The position numbers were made by a program, and so were the translations under genes. From assembly GCF_036971445.1 (NCBI RefSeq), contig NC_091472.1, forward strand, positions 89,714,001 through 89,778,000: DNA of 64,000 bases, in the 5' to 3' direction. Positions 62,304-64,000 of the stretch are shown one piece after another. Position 1 is the first letter of the stretch, and the number at the start of each line of letters is the position of its first letter. A model generated the notes under the pieces. It did not search any database. It saw only the letters and a list, made by a program, of their open reading frames with translations, and had not been told where the DNA came from. Source of the DNA: Narcine bancroftii. Lineage: Eukaryota.

Positions 62304-63297
62304 TGTGACAGAGTATATAGAGATATTTATAGTTATGTTTTTGGGAGAAAAATTGGGGAAGGTTTGTTAGAATGGGTCACATTACAAACACTTTAAAACA
62401 GATCTTATTTAAAATACTGGAGTTCTGCCCCATGGTAGACATATCGGCTCCAGATCTTTTGCAAGAGCTTTTGAAGAGTGCTAAAGAGACTTTACTAATG
62501 GATTGTTTACAAAAGGTAACAAATGAAAGAACATGTCAGAGCCACTATGTCTGGAGGAGAGCTTGCTGTAAGAGGGTCATGTGGTTTTGCAAGCAGAGAG
62601 AGTCAAACAGGCTTTTCTCAGAGAGCGAGAGGCACACACAGATCACTTGAACAATGTTACAGACAGCAGCTGGGACTGGAACAGGACAAGCTAGGAAGCT
62701 TATGAAAAGTCTATTTGGAAGACAGCCTGGTCAAAGCCCTTGTGGTTCATGCAAGAGGGGAGGACTGGCTATCTAATGTTTCATTTGGAATAAGGGAAAC
62801 AAAAAGGAACTCTGTGGTGACCTGAAAGAAAGAGGTTATCATCTGGAGAACCCTGAAGGGGCAAGTTTCATCAGCAAGACAATGGAGTGGCTGATGGAAG
62901 TACATCAGTTATGGATGTCCTGAAACAACAAATCTCTCTCTGAAAATGAACAGGAACCTTCCTGAGTGGTAACCATTTACCTTTCAAGCACCAAAGCCTG
63001 GTGAACTTTGTATATGTTAAATTCTGTGCACAGTATAAGAATTGCCTGCAACCAGTGAACTTGGAGGAATGAGAAGTGAGATTGGACTGTGAACCAAATA
63101 ACTTTTCTAAACGTACACAAATATTACATACACGTGCGCTTAGAATTAGAAGGGGATTATATTAAGTAAGTAAGAAGTTAACGTTTGATTCTGTTTTCAT
63201 GTTTAAAGATAATTAAAAGTAACTTTTGTTTAAGTCACTATTTGTCTTGGTGACTATCTATTGCTGCTGGGTTTATGGGTCCGCTGGGCTCGTAACA
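62304..63297 (+). mobile_element. Solo LTR family A
   Basis: TGTGACA...CGTAACA termini, collinear with 20712-21785; no clear TSD. Confidence 0.88.
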
Positions 63298-63474
63298 AGC
63301 TACCTATTGCATGCATTATTTCCCATTGTCTAATGTTTCAGTGTTGTCTGGGAATGGTTACTTCCACAACGTTTGGGGACAGAGATGAAACAGCAAGCCC
63401 TTCTCAAAATTATTCCTGTGTGGCACTTTGACTGCTTTCTCCTCTTATTTCTAATTGATTCAATAAGAAGGAAG

Positions 63475-63890
63475 AAACGCCCAGTCGCTAAATCTAAATT
63501 TCAACCCAAAGGCGTCCTCGAGCTCTGCAACACCCAGATCCACACGTCACCGCGTCGTGTCGTTAACGACCTGCCCCTGGAAACGTCATTCACGTGCGCC
63601 GATCGCCAAGATGGTCGAATGAAGGCCGCCGTCGGGACGAGTGAGTGGATCCCGGGACGTTCAGAGGAGTCCGAGTCTCGGCTGGAGGGCTCAGGCCTGC
63701 TGTGCGAGGGGAACCAGAGGGGCCACCTGCGGACACAATTGGGTGAGGCTTCCCCCATCGACCCTCCCGTAGCACCGAGCTCCTTGCCCTCCATTCTCCC
63801 ACTCCGCCAACGAAATTCAGGACAGAATCGTACCGTAAGATCAGTTATCCGCAGGACACTGCTTTCACGTGAGATTTCACGCACCAGAAT
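63475..63890 (+). promoter_or_regulatory. CpG island with a probable first exon of a downstream + strand gene
   Basis: CpG-rich. CRE-like CACGTCA and AACGTCA, E-box TCACGTG, YY1-like AAGATGG at 63608, and a donor-like GA|GTGAGT at 63641. Confidence 0.65.
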
Positions 63891-64000
63891 AACGTTAGTG
63901 GTGGAATTATTGAAAGACCTGAGGGACCTGATTAATTTGCACTTGGGGGAGGCTCGGATGAATCAAGGATAGTTGGCATTCATTTCCTGACATGTATGAC

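Noticed and set aside
63373-63972. 199-aa + ORF and overlapping 127-aa - ORF
   Set aside because: No recognisable domain. Open frames on both strands are expected in a GC-rich CpG island.

Overview
This is AT-rich vertebrate genomic DNA, most likely from a cartilaginous fish; that is inferred from the CR1, tRNA-SINE, Penelope and L1 repeat mix, not proven. Genes: (1) the last two coding exons of GALM on + (1164-1338, 1603-1683); (2) a complete SRSF7 gene on - (ATG 49780 to stop 5720, 9 coding exons, 732 nt, 243 aa), including the conserved intron-3 poison exon (22113-22572) and a 48-nt RS exon beyond the 8-exon human model; (3) an intact but divergent ARF6-like CDS on + (55526-56056); (4) a CpG island with a probable first exon of another + gene at about 63.5-63.9 kb. 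The rest is mostly transposable elements: L1, CR1, Rex1/Babar, RTE, solo LTRs, a Gypsy relic, MITEs and SINEs, several of them nested. The best leads are an ARF6 paralogue at the SRSF7/GALM locus (possible ohnologue lost in mammals), a frame-preserved but ATG-less Split-ORF entry in the SRSF7 poison exon, two TEs inserted in the first 14 nt of SRSF7 intron 4 (one duplicating the GT donor), and young AviRTE-like retroelements. All comparisons with human or other sequences come from memory and need alignment. I found no CRISPR array, tRNA gene or rRNA gene.
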